39,600 nucleotides of DNA from an uncultured Acidimicrobiia bacterium (GCA_964347285.1 CAYFYE010000009.1:1-39600), one strand, 5' to 3'. Shown: positions 1 to 9,065, counted from the first letter of the stretch. Notes: generated by a model from the letters alone, not told the origin. Translations and numbers: made by a program.

Positions 1-51
1 ACCGAAGCCGGGAGGCTCTCAGCTTGTCAACAACCTCTAGAAGAAGGACAG

Positions 52-150
52 CTAGACGGCGACGGGGAGGTCGGGAATCACGCCGCGACCCTCCAGGACG
101 GCTCCGTCGGCGGTGACCGGCTCCTCGATCCGGATAGACGCCAACGCCCT
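52..150 (-). pseudogene. Possible C-terminal remnant of an S41 (tail-specific protease-like) peptidase
   Basis: Translation ...EEPVTADGAVLEGRGVIPDLPVAV* resembles the S41 C-terminal 'T-x-DG-x-x-EG-x-GV-x-PD' motif. There is no room for the rest of the gene upstream. The boundary at 150 is approximate. Confidence 0.3.
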
Positions 151-202
151 CCCACTCCTCGGACCGATCGGCCCTGTGACATCTGCCCTGTATGGTGATG
201 CG

Positions 203-838
203 ATGCTGATCGAGCACGCCGGAAGGTCCCCTCGCATTCATCAGTCGGCCTGGGTGGCTCCTACCGCGACCGTGTCTGGTGACGTCGAAATCGGTCCCGA
301 GACACGGGTCCTGTACGGCGCGGTGCTCACCGCCGAAGGAGGACCCATCCGGGTCGGTTCCCGGTGCGTGATCATGGAGAACGCCGTTTTGCGCGGAACT
401 CCCAAACATCCGCTGAGCCTCGGAGACCGGATACTCGTTGGACCGCATGCATACCTCAGCGGATGCACCGTCGGTGACGAGTCGTTCCTTGCTACCGGAT
501 CGACTGTTTTCAACGGCGCACAAATCGGCCGCCGGGCAGAGGTGCGCATCAACGGGACCGTGCATCTGAAGACGGTCCTTTCCACCGGGGCGATTGTCCC
601 GATCGGTTGGGTGGCGATCGGGGATCCGGCCGCCATCCTCCCTCCGGACCGCCACGACGAGATCTGGTCGATCCAGGAGCAACTCGACTTTCCCAAGGCG
701 ATTTTCGGCGTCGACAGATCGCCCGACATGATGGCCGAGATCATGGCCCGCTATTCGCGGAGCCTCACGCGGCACACTGCGGACCGGATCATCGAGAATC
801 GACCGCAGCGCGGCACCTCCCGGGCTGTTCCTGACTGA
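203..838 (+). CDS. Gamma-carbonic anhydrase/PaaY-like hexapeptide-repeat (left-handed beta helix) protein
   Basis: MLIEHAGRSPRIHQSAWVAPTATVSGDVEIG followed by hexapeptide repeats. Start moved to ATG 203, 6 nt after TATGGT (191-196). Confidence 0.85.
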   Translation: MLIEHAGRSPRIHQSAWVAPTATVSGDVEIGPETRVLYGAVLTAEGGPIRVGSRCVIMENAVLRGTPKHPLSLGDRILVGPHAYLSGCTVGDESFLATGSTVFNGAQIGRRAEVRINGTVHLKTVLSTGAIVPIGWVAIGDPAAILPPDRHDEIWSIQEQLDFPKAIFGVDRSPDMMAEIMARYSRSLTRHTADRIIENRPQRGTSRAVPD

Positions 839-1103
839 CCGATTGCCGAGTTCGGGTCAGCGGATTGCCTGGAGAGCGGACCGGCGAGTGCTCATGCCGG
901 CCGGTTCTGGGCAACGGCCAGCCGGTCAGCCGTCAAACGACTGGAGGGGTCGCTGGCTTGCACGCTTGGGTCGACTCTCCACCGGCTCGGCCGGAAAGGG
1001 GGTGGGGTTGCCCGGGCGGCCAGCGCAAGACCGGTGCGACTCCCAAAGACGGGCCACCGAACCGACGAGTAGCGTCGAAAGTGCCACACGGAGGAGGTAG
1101 ACC

Positions 1104-1745
1104 GTGGTCACACAGCCCGAGCAGTACGCCGCCCGCCTCGACATCGACTACCCCGAAACGCTCGACCGGTTCACCACGTTCTTCCGGGTGATCTGGATCA
1201 TCCCGATCGTCATCATCCTGGCCCTGCTCACCGCAAGTGGAAACGAGACTGTGGCCACGGAGACCGGCGACGAGGTTCGGACGACCGGCGGGGGTATTTC
1301 CGCCGGGCTCTGGATCGCCACGGCGCTGATGATCGTGTTCCGGGTGCGGTACCCGCGCTGGTGGTTCGACTTCGCCCGAGAGCTGACCCGCTTCGCAGGG
1401 CGAGTCGTCGCCTACTTGGCCCTGCTCACCGATCGGTACCCATCGACCGTCGAGGAGCAGTCGGTGCATCTCGAGATCGATTACCCCGACGTCCAGCAAG
1501 ACCTCAACCGCTGGTTGCCGCTGGTGAAGTGGCTGCTGGCGATCCCCCACTACATCGTGCTGATCGTGCTTTGGATCGCAGCGATCGTCGCGGTGCTGAT
1601 CGCCTGGTTCGCCATCCTCTTCACCGGGCGCTATCCGCGGGCACTGTTCGACTTCGTGGTGGGGGTGGGCCGGTGGAGCCTGCGGGTCGACGCGTATGCG
1701 TTCTTGCTGGTCACCGACCGATACCCGCCGTTCAGCCTGGCCTGA
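1104..1745 (+). CDS. DUF4389-type membrane protein with two internal repeats
   Basis: Repeated '(L)xIDYP...RYPR..FDF...R..AY..L(L/V)TDRYP' units with hydrophobic helices. GGAGGAGG RBS upstream of the GTG. Confidence 0.85.
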   Translation: MVTQPEQYAARLDIDYPETLDRFTTFFRVIWIIPIVIILALLTASGNETVATETGDEVRTTGGGISAGLWIATALMIVFRVRYPRWWFDFARELTRFAGRVVAYLALLTDRYPSTVEEQSVHLEIDYPDVQQDLNRWLPLVKWLLAIPHYIVLIVLWIAAIVAVLIAWFAILFTGRYPRALFDFVVGVGRWSLRVDAYAFLLVTDRYPPFSLA

Positions 1746-1896
1746 GCCGGCAGCTCTCGGTCCGGCACCGCCGTCCCCGGATTGGAGGCGGGGAGCCGGC
1801 TCCTATCGAGACCGTGAGCTCGTCGGCGATGCCGGCGAGCGGTGGCGCGGTGGGATACAGCGGCTTGAGGCCTCGATCACCGAGGATGGGCTGACC

Positions 1897-2859
1897 TCAC
1901 CCCGGGCTCTCCCCGTCGAAGCGCCCCCGGTAGTCGCACAGATCGTCGAGTGAGACGTTGCCCCCGCACAAGACGAGCACGACATGCTCGCCCAGCTGGT
2001 GGCGCAGCGACTCGGCGGCGGCCAGGGTGCACGATGCCGACAGCTCGGTGAGCACTTTGGCCCGTTCGAGGAGGAAGCGCATCGACCGGTAGGCGTCGGC
2101 ATCGGAGACCACGGTGACGCTCTCGACGAGCGCTCGGGTGATCTCGAGTGTCGCCTCAGACACGTACGGGGCTCCGAGCGTCTTGGCCAGGGAGGTCGGC
2201 TCCGTGTGGACCACCCGCCCCTCCTCCAGGGCGCGGGACATGGCATCGGCGCCCTCGGTCTCCACTCCCCACACCCGGACCTCGGGCTTCAATCCCTTGA
2301 CCGCGGTGGCCACCCCGCTGATCAACCCGCCGCCGCCGATACTGATCACGACGTCGGTCACCGCCGGCACGTCCTCGACAAGCTCGAGGCCGAGGGTCCC
2401 GTTCCCGGCCATCATCGCCGGATGGTCGAACGGGTGGGCGACGGCCCATCCCTTCTCCCGGTAGTGCTCGACCCCTTCGATGGCCGCTCGCAGGTCCGGT
2501 ACCAATTCGATGCCGGCCCCGTAGCCCCGGGTGGCTTCGACATAGTTGGGGGGCGTGAATTCGGGCATGAACACCACCGCCGCTACCCCGAGGACCGAGG
2601 CGGCATAGGCCATCCCCTGGCCGAAATTGCCGCCGCTGAAGCCCACTACACCCCGGGCCCGATACTCGGGAGGTACCCGACGTAGTTGATTGAACGCTCC
2701 GCGGGGCTTGAAGGAGCCGGTCTTCTGGAACAGCTCCAGCTTGAGGTGAACGTCGGTGCCCAGAGCCTCGGATACGGAGCGGCTGGAGACGGTGGGGGTA
2801 CGAACGACGTGCCCGGCGAGCTCGGCTCGCGCCGCCTGGACGTCTCCGAGCGTGATCAC
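1897..2859 (-). CDS. PLP-dependent threonine/serine dehydratase family protein without a regulatory ACT domain
   Basis: KLELFQKTGSFKPRGA (PLP lysine), IGGGGLISG, LCGGN. The GTG start overlaps the upstream stop (GTGA). Confidence 0.9.
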   Translation of the reverse strand: MITLGDVQAARAELAGHVVRTPTVSSRSVSEALGTDVHLKLELFQKTGSFKPRGAFNQLRRVPPEYRARGVVGFSGGNFGQGMAYAASVLGVAAVVFMPEFTPPNYVEATRGYGAGIELVPDLRAAIEGVEHYREKGWAVAHPFDHPAMMAGNGTLGLELVEDVPAVTDVVISIGGGGLISGVATAVKGLKPEVRVWGVETEGADAMSRALEEGRVVHTEPTSLAKTLGAPYVSEATLEITRALVESVTVVSDADAYRSMRFLLERAKVLTELSASCTLAAAESLRHQLGEHVVLVLCGGNVSLDDLCDYRGRFDGESPG

Positions 2860-3287
2860 GAGCCGGAGATGTAGCGCTCCAACTGTTCGATCATGAACTC
2901 CTGCTCGGAGATCACCGTCTTGACCACATCACCGATGGAGACCACGCCGACCACCTCGTTCCCCTCGACCACCGGGAGATGCCTGATGTGCTTCTCACTC
3001 ATCAGAGCCATGCAGTCCTCCACGGTGCGATCCCGGGGGACTACGGCGACTTTGGCCGTCATGATCTCGTCGACCCTGGTGTCCTTGGAGCTGCGATCCA
3101 ACAAGATCACCTTCCGGGCGTAATCCCGCTCGGAGATGATGCCCACCAGCCGGTCCCCGTCCATGACGACGAGCGCTCCCACGTCGCATTCCGCCATCCG
3201 TTGCAGCGCCTCATACACGGAGGCGTCGGGACCGACTGAGTAGACCGCGCCTCCCTTCCGACCGAGGATGTGACTCACCGTCTTCAT
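2856..3287 (-). CDS. CBS-domain pair protein
   Basis: VGALVV...GIISERDYARK and IRHLPVV...GVVSIGDVVK. AGGAGGG RBS upstream. Confidence 0.92.
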   Translation of the reverse strand: MKTVSHILGRKGGAVYSVGPDASVYEALQRMAECDVGALVVMDGDRLVGIISERDYARKVILLDRSSKDTRVDEIMTAKVAVVPRDRTVEDCMALMSEKHIRHLPVVEGNEVVGVVSIGDVVKTVISEQEFMIEQLERYISGS

Positions 3288-3346
3288 CGAATCCCTCCTG
3301 TGAGCCCAGAACCATACCCAACGCCACCGGCGCCGGCCGATGGCGG

Positions 3347-4084
3347 CTAAGGGGCGCCGAGCATCTCCGCAGCCTCGGCCATCGTGAATCTGCCTTCGGT
3401 GACCTCCCGCCCCACGATCACTCCGCCCAGGTGCTTTCCTTCTTCCTCGAGGTCGACGAGCGCCTGCAGATCGTCGAGATGACGCACCCCCCCGGCCGCG
3501 ATCACCGGCTCGTCGATATAGGAGAGCGCCCGACGGAGCACGTCGAAGTTGGGCGGCTCACTCAGTGCGTCGCGGCCCGCCTCGGCCACCAGGAACGCCG
3601 CCGCCCCCGCCGACGACATCTCGATGAGGACGTCCTCCAAAAAGAGTCCGCTCTGTTCCCTCCAGCCCCGGATGACCAGCTCTTCATTGGGAAGGGCGTC
3701 GATGCTGATCGCCACGCTGCCCGGGTAATCGCGGCACAGCTCCCAGGTCATGTTCTGGTCCACGATCGCCGCCGTCCCCATCACCACCCGCCACGCTCCG
3801 CTCTCGAGCAGGCCCTCGGCCTCGCCGGGGGACCGGATTCCGCCGGCTACCTGCACCGGGACCTCGACGCCGTCCACGATGGCCCCGATGAGGTCGCGGT
3901 TGCGGTAGTCGCCGTAGGCAGCCGCATCGAGATCGACGATATGGAGCAAGTGGGCCCCTTTGTCGATCCATCCCCTGGCGCGCGCCAGAGGATCGGCATC
4001 GAGGACAATGGCCTCGCCCACATCGCCGCGAGGAAGCCGCACTGCCCTTCCGCCGAGGATGTTCACCCGGGCATAGAGTTCCAT
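3347..4084 (-). CDS. HisA/PriA-related TIM-barrel protein (divergent)
   Basis: GRAVRL..GD, HIVDLDAA, QVAGGIRS, VVMGTAA, IAAGGV and GVIVGR match the HisA fold. Start moved to ATG 4084, downstream of TAACCT. Confidence 0.8.
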   Translation of the reverse strand: MELYARVNILGGRAVRLPRGDVGEAIVLDADPLARARGWIDKGAHLLHIVDLDAAAYGDYRNRDLIGAIVDGVEVPVQVAGGIRSPGEAEGLLESGAWRVVMGTAAIVDQNMTWELCRDYPGSVAISIDALPNEELVIRGWREQSGLFLEDVLIEMSSAGAAAFLVAEAGRDALSEPPNFDVLRRALSYIDEPVIAAGGVRHLDDLQALVDLEEEGKHLGGVIVGREVTEGRFTMAEAAEMLGAP

Positions 4085-4166
4085 CGGCGCCCAGGTTATC
4101 GGCCCCCAGACTGGTCCGCCGAGGACGTCGTTCACTAGCCTCCGGTCCAGAAGGGAGAGGAGCCTC

Positions 4167-5054
4167 ATGGCCACCGAGACGGAGGAGTATCAGACCACCG
4201 AGACGGAGGAGCATCAGACCACGGAGGAGCAGGAGGCGAGCGAAGCTCGCGTCGTCGAGCGGGAGCACAAGAAGGAGCGACCCAAGCTCAAGCGCAAGTA
4301 CTACGAAGAGGAGCTGGCCAAGCTTCAGGTCGAGCTAGTGAAGCTCCAAGAGTGGATCAAGAATCAGGGCCTGAAGGTCGTGGTGCTCTTCGAGGGAAGG
4401 GATGCGGCCGGCAAGGGCGGCGTCATCAAGAGGATCATCGAGCGCACCAACCCCCGCATCGTGCGCGTCGTCGCCTTGGGCACGCCGACCGAACGAGAGA
4501 ATACCCAGTGGTATTTCCAGCGTTACGGGGCCCATCTCCCCGCAGCCGGCGAGATGATCCTGTTCGACCGCAGCTGGTACAACCGCGCCGGCGTCGAGCG
4601 GGTGATGGGCTTCTGCACCGAGGACGAATACCAGGAGTTCCTCCGCTCGTGTCCTGAGTTCGAACGGATGCTGGTGCGCTCGGGAATCATCCTCATCAAG
4701 TACTGGTTTTCGGTCAGCGACGACGAGCAAGAGCGTCGGTTCCAGAGCCGCATAAAGAACCCGACCAAGCGCTGGAAGTTGAGTCCAATGGACCTCGAGT
4801 CACGTCGCCGGTGGGTGGAGTATTCCAAGGCCAAGGACGAGATGTTCGCTCACACCGACATCAAGCAGGCGCCCTGGTATGTGGTCGATGCCGACGACAA
4901 GAGGCGGGCCCGCCTCAACTGCATCAGGCATCTGCTGTCCATGATCCCGTATGAGGACCTCACTCCTACCAGCATCGAGCTGCCGGAGCGGGAGGAATCT
5001 GCCTACGTGCGGCCGCCGATGAGCGACCAGACCTTCGTGCCCGAGGAGTACTGA
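4167..5054 (+). CDS. ppk2: Polyphosphate kinase 2
   Basis: FEGRDAAGKGG Walker A, FDRSWYNRAGVERVMGFC, WKLSPMD. GAGGAG RBS. Confidence 0.97.
   Translation: MATETEEYQTTETEEHQTTEEQEASEARVVEREHKKERPKLKRKYYEEELAKLQVELVKLQEWIKNQGLKVVVLFEGRDAAGKGGVIKRIIERTNPRIVRVVALGTPTERENTQWYFQRYGAHLPAAGEMILFDRSWYNRAGVERVMGFCTEDEYQEFLRSCPEFERMLVRSGIILIKYWFSVSDDEQERRFQSRIKNPTKRWKLSPMDLESRRRWVEYSKAKDEMFAHTDIKQAPWYVVDADDKRRARLNCIRHLLSMIPYEDLTPTSIELPEREESAYVRPPMSDQTFVPEEY
4171..4231 (+). repeat. 24-bp tandem repeat (2 full copies plus 1 partial) in the ppk2 5' end, encoding TETEE(Y/H)QT
   Basis: ccaccgagacggaggag(t/c)atcaga at 4171-4194 and 4195-4218, then ccacggaggagca. Confidence 0.9.
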
Positions 5055-5057
5055 GCT

Positions 5058-5453
5058 TCAGGCGGAACGAGTCCTCGTGATGCCTGCTCTGGAGAGCACC
5101 GCCGCCGAAACACCCGATTCCCGCCAGGCCGTGTAGCTGATGCCCTTGCGCTCGGAATAACTGCGGGCGTATCGGATGAACTCACGCTCCAGCGTCGCCT
5201 GATCGGTCACGCGCTCCATACGGGCCAATCGATTCTCGGCGTCGATCCGCTGCTGGGTGAGCTCCAGTTTCCGCAGCGGATCACTCTCGACCCGGCTCTT
5301 CCGCTTGAGGGCCTCGATGCGCTCTCTTTGCTTGGCCGGACTCGCCGGGCGACCCCGCTTTCGTGATGCGAGAGAGGCGAGGTACTGCTTGATGGCTCGG
5401 GCTTCTTTACGACCGCGTGCCAGCGCGTCTTTTTGCGCCTGCGACATTGCCAC
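5058..5453 (-). CDS. Small, highly basic hypothetical protein (KRGRP motif, coiled coil)
   Basis: 131 aa, Arg/Lys-rich, AAAGGA RBS 7 nt before the GTG. It resembles, from recollection, a conserved hypothetical family of Acidimicrobiia. Confidence 0.8.
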   Translation of the reverse strand: MAMSQAQKDALARGRKEARAIKQYLASLASRKRGRPASPAKQRERIEALKRKSRVESDPLRKLELTQQRIDAENRLARMERVTDQATLEREFIRYARSYSERKGISYTAWRESGVSAAVLSRAGITRTRSA

Positions 5454-5648
5454 AATCGTGTCCTTTCTCGGAGAGAGGGCCCTCCTCTTCTAAAACGTCT
5501 CGGAACAACAGTCAAACCGGACCGGCGGCCGGGCGCCAAATGGAAGCTACTTTCGAGGACCTGTTGAGCACAAAAGAACGATTTCCGATAGGCGAGATGA
5601 TTGCTCCCGGCCGGATCCGACGGGACGATCACGGCGCGTCGACCATAC

Positions 5649-7163
5649 TCAAAACTGAGCCTGCACCGGCTGTTGCTCCCGGTGCAGCGCCAGTGCCACC
5701 AGCATCGCTATCGCCACCACCACAGCCGCAGCCAGGAAGGTCTCGGCGATGGCCTGAGAGGTCAGATCGCCTTGGGCCGCCGAGAGGGCGTCTTGGTAGG
5801 TGGGATCGTCCACCGGAGGCAGCTCGAGCCGATCTCGCAGACTGTTGAACCTGTACAGGCCCCAGCCGGTGAGAGCGCTCAGCCCCACCGCCAACCCCAT
5901 CAGTCGAAACACCAGCACGAGGCCGGCGGCCGTTCCCCGTCGTTGGGCCGGCGCAGCGTTGACGACGGCGGCGTTGGTAGGGGCGGTGACGAGGCCGAAA
6001 CCGGTTCCGAGGGCTGCCAGTTGCCAGGCCATGGCCGCCTGAGAGGTGTCGACCGCCCACATGGTCCCCATCGCCAGATAGGCCCCCAGCGCCAACCCCA
6101 GTCCTGCCACCGTCACCGGCCGATAGCCGAACCGGGGCGTCAGGCGGCCCCCGACATAGGCAAAGAGCGCCATGGAGACGGTCAGAGCGCTCAGCACCCG
6201 CCCACTCGCCACGGCCGATTCGGCAAGGGCCCGTTCCACCACATTGATGAAGAGCGGTACGTCCACCATGGCGATGATCAAGGCCCCCCCGACCAGGAAA
6301 TTGACGATCACGGCCGGTGTGAAGTTGGGAAGGCGGAAGAGCCCGAGGTCCACGATCGGATGCTCGGCACGCTTCTCCAGCCAGATGAAGACGGCGAGAG
6401 CGCCGGCCGCCAGAAGGAAGAGCGGCGTCGTGTTGATGTCGCGCTCGCCGGTGAGTTCCTCCAGGCCCGTCACCGACTGTATCTCGCTGCCTTCGAGGAG
6501 CGCCACACACAAAGCGATGAGCGCCGCCGTGAGGGCGCCGGCTCCCGCCCAGTCGACCCGGCCCTTGGCCGTGGGGGTGTCCAGATTGCGCAACACCACC
6601 CAGGCCATGGCCATCCCGGCCACTGCCAGGGGCAGGTTCAGGTAGAACTGCCAACGCCAGCTGAGGTAACGGACGAGCAGAGCACCGAACAGGGGGCCCC
6701 AGACCCAGCCGATGGTGTCGACCGCTCCCAATACCCCGAGTGCCGTGGCTCGGCGTTGCGGGCGGTAGACGTCGCCGACGATGGCCATGCCGACCGGCAC
6801 CAGGGCACCTCCTCCCACGGCAGTGAGGACCCGGCCAAAGAGCAACGTCCCGTACCCACCGGCGAACGGGATGACCACCGACCCGACGAAGAACAGGCCA
6901 AAGGCAACGAGGTAGATCCGCCGCCTCCCGAAGAGGTCACTCACTCGGCCCATGAACGGCATCACCGCCACGTAGCCGATCAGGTATACGTCCACGATCC
7001 AGGCGGCCTGGTCCACCCCGTCCGGCAGCGTGATCTCGAAGTCGCCGATCATCTGACGCAACATCGTGGTGACGACGGTCAGGTCGTCGGCGGCCACGAA
7101 CACCCCGAACGACACCACCGCCAGCACCAGGCCCGGCGAGGGATTGGGGCGAGCCGACCTCAT
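5649..7163 (-). CDS. MFS (DHA2-like) transporter resembling mycobacterial P55/Rv1410c
   Basis: About 14 hydrophobic segments, motif A GRVSDLFGRRR and 'WIVDVYLIGYVAVMP'. ATG 7163 overlaps the upstream TGA. Confidence 0.88.
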   Translation of the reverse strand: MRSARPNPSPGLVLAVVSFGVFVAADDLTVVTTMLRQMIGDFEITLPDGVDQAAWIVDVYLIGYVAVMPFMGRVSDLFGRRRIYLVAFGLFFVGSVVIPFAGGYGTLLFGRVLTAVGGGALVPVGMAIVGDVYRPQRRATALGVLGAVDTIGWVWGPLFGALLVRYLSWRWQFYLNLPLAVAGMAMAWVVLRNLDTPTAKGRVDWAGAGALTAALIALCVALLEGSEIQSVTGLEELTGERDINTTPLFLLAAGALAVFIWLEKRAEHPIVDLGLFRLPNFTPAVIVNFLVGGALIIAMVDVPLFINVVERALAESAVASGRVLSALTVSMALFAYVGGRLTPRFGYRPVTVAGLGLALGAYLAMGTMWAVDTSQAAMAWQLAALGTGFGLVTAPTNAAVVNAAPAQRRGTAAGLVLVFRLMGLAVGLSALTGWGLYRFNSLRDRLELPPVDDPTYQDALSAAQGDLTSQAIAETFLAAAVVVAIAMLVALALHREQQPVQAQF

Positions 7164-7882
7164 CACCCAGCCGGAGGATCGATGGTCACCGGCTCGTTGA
7201 ACTCGGAGAACCCTATGGTCCACATGCTCGGCGGATCGCCCACCTCGAAACTCACTTCGAGCAGATGCAGGGAGTCGGGGTCGATGAACAGGTCGATCTC
7301 GACGGCCTCTTGCTCGAGGAGGCCGGCCGTCAGAGTGCGCACCCGAGAAGCTCCCACGGTGCCCTGGACGTGGTAACGGCTACCGGAGTCGGCCAGGGTT
7401 GCATCGTCCAACCCGGCCAGAGTGGCCCCGATACCGTCGACCGGATCGAAGAGCTGCAGCGGATCGAACCCATAGCCGGGGGGAAGCTCCTCCCATCCTC
7501 CTGTCACCGGATTGGTGACCCACTGCCGATCACCTATCGACACGGCGCCCAGCTCCACTCCGAGTCCAAGAGCCGTCGCCTCGACGACGGCCTGAAAGGA
7601 TTCCGGAGCCGCATACTGGCCGGCGGCCTCCCTGGCTTCCAGCGTCTGGGCCCCGTCCAGATAGACGGGGGCCCCCTGGACGTCGATGTCGAATCGAACG
7701 CTTTCGAGCGTCTCGAATTGGGCGCCGGCCCCGGTGAGGATCTCCTCGAGCGATGGGACCGGGGCGGCGCCGTCGCCGCAGCTCACTCCGGCCACCGCAA
7801 GGGCGGCCACCACGAGGACCCTGCCTACCTGCTCAAGGCCCAGCGACCGGCTGCTCGAGGCCACCGGGGAGTCGGGCAACAT
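7163..7882 (-). CDS. LppX/LprAFG (LprG-like) lipoprotein
   Basis: Hydrophobic signal plus lipobox AGVS-C, 'FDPxxLFDPxxGI' motif, C-terminal 'FSEFNEPVTIDPP'. Exact start uncertain. Confidence 0.82.
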   Translation of the reverse strand: MLPDSPVASSSRSLGLEQVGRVLVVAALAVAGVSCGDGAAPVPSLEEILTGAGAQFETLESVRFDIDVQGAPVYLDGAQTLEAREAAGQYAAPESFQAVVEATALGLGVELGAVSIGDRQWVTNPVTGGWEELPPGYGFDPLQLFDPVDGIGATLAGLDDATLADSGSRYHVQGTVGASRVRTLTAGLLEQEAVEIDLFIDPDSLHLLEVSFEVGDPPSMWTIGFSEFNEPVTIDPPAG

Positions 7883-7988
7883 CACCGCCGTGCCATGTCG
7901 CCGTCGGCAAGGCCGATCCCCGGCGGCCACCCCGGGCGAGACGGCCGGTCGAGAGATCTGCCCTCCATGAGCCGAGGCCAGACCGGGA

Positions 7989-8375
7989 TCAGATGCCCTC
8001 CAGCTCGGAGACGGGCCGCCGGCCGCCAAAGCCGGCTTGCGGCAGGTGGTAGTACCCAATCGACTCCTCCCCCTGTCGCCAGCACAGCAGCACATCGCCG
8101 ATCCGGGCCCGGGCCGGAAAATCCACGAGGGGAGGTTCGAGACCCTTGACGTGGATGCCCTTGTGCTGAAACCAGCCCAGGACCCGGTGAGCCGTCTCGT
8201 TCAGGTCGAAGGCGGCGGCGCTGCGAAACGAGTCGGCACGGGGCGCTACTGGGTGTCGAGCGACCTCGCGCTCCAGGCCCTTCTGGATGGCCACCAGGCC
8301 GGCCAGGCGTTCCTCCACCTCGGGTAGGAGGGCGTTGGCTTCGGCCAGCGTGAAGAGCGCCGTCACCTCTCCCAA
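7989..8375 (-). CDS. DUF2203 family protein
   Basis: FTLAEANALLP, VDFP, LLCWRQGEESIGYYH, GFGGRRP. The start may be GTG 8366. Confidence 0.85.
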   Translation of the reverse strand: MGEVTALFTLAEANALLPEVEERLAGLVAIQKGLEREVARHPVAPRADSFRSAAAFDLNETAHRVLGWFQHKGIHVKGLEPPLVDFPARARIGDVLLCWRQGEESIGYYHLPQAGFGGRRPVSELEGI

Positions 8376-9065
8376 CTAGACCCCCACGAAGTAGCGGTTC
8401 AATTCCTGCTTGAGGGCGTCCATCCCCTCGAACACGAAGAGGACTTGGTTCTGTTCGTTCACGGCCTTGTCACGGGTGAGTACGTTCTCGATCGTGAACT
8501 CACGGCGTTCGGTGACGCCGGTGGCTGCTTTCTCCATCTCGTCGCCGCCCGACATGAGCCCGGTTCCAAAGATCTTGGTGGCGCCGTCCTCCCGGATGAG
8601 CCCGAATTCGGTACTGAACCACGCCAGCCTCTTGATGTTCTCCTTCTGCTGTTCCGTCTGCGCCCGCAGATAGGCCGGGGCAAACATCTCCTGAAGCGCG
8701 GCGTATTCGGGCAGCATCATGAACGGCAGATGCCCGAAGATGTCGTGGAACATGTCGGGCTCGGGAGTCCAGTCCAGCTCCTCCCAGGAGCGCATGTAAT
8801 CGGTGATCAGGAACTTCTTCTGGTCGAACATGCGATACCACTCATCGGCATCGGTGTATCGGACGTCGGTGCGCACGATTTCCCATCCCGTGGCCGGGAT
8901 GATCTTCGAATTCAAGAACTCGACCGTCGGGATTTCCTCAGCGGGGAGCTCCAGCAGCCCGAAACCCTCGAGATACTGGCGACAGGCGTACTTTTCTATG
9001 CGGGGCATCTGCCTTCGGTACAACTCGGCCCAGGTCTTGTGCTGTTCGGGCGTGAACTCTTCCAT
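8376..9065 (-). CDS. phhA: Phenylalanine 4-hydroxylase (biopterin-dependent aromatic amino acid hydroxylase)
   Basis: PEPDMFHDIFGHLP (two Fe-binding His) and STEFGL (Fe-binding Glu). ATG 9065 has a GAGGAGGT RBS. Confidence 0.88.
   Translation of the reverse strand: MEEFTPEQHKTWAELYRRQMPRIEKYACRQYLEGFGLLELPAEEIPTVEFLNSKIIPATGWEIVRTDVRYTDADEWYRMFDQKKFLITDYMRSWEELDWTPEPDMFHDIFGHLPFMMLPEYAALQEMFAPAYLRAQTEQQKENIKRLAWFSTEFGLIREDGATKIFGTGLMSGGDEMEKAATGVTERREFTIENVLTRDKAVNEQNQVLFVFEGMDALKQELNRYFVGV

Noticed and set aside
839..1090. Short ORFs or a structured RNA in the intergenic region
   Set aside because: No RBS, motif or convincing hairpin/terminator set. It may be decayed sequence.
5601..7376. 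591-aa plus-strand ORF
   Set aside because: An antisense shadow of the MFS transporter.
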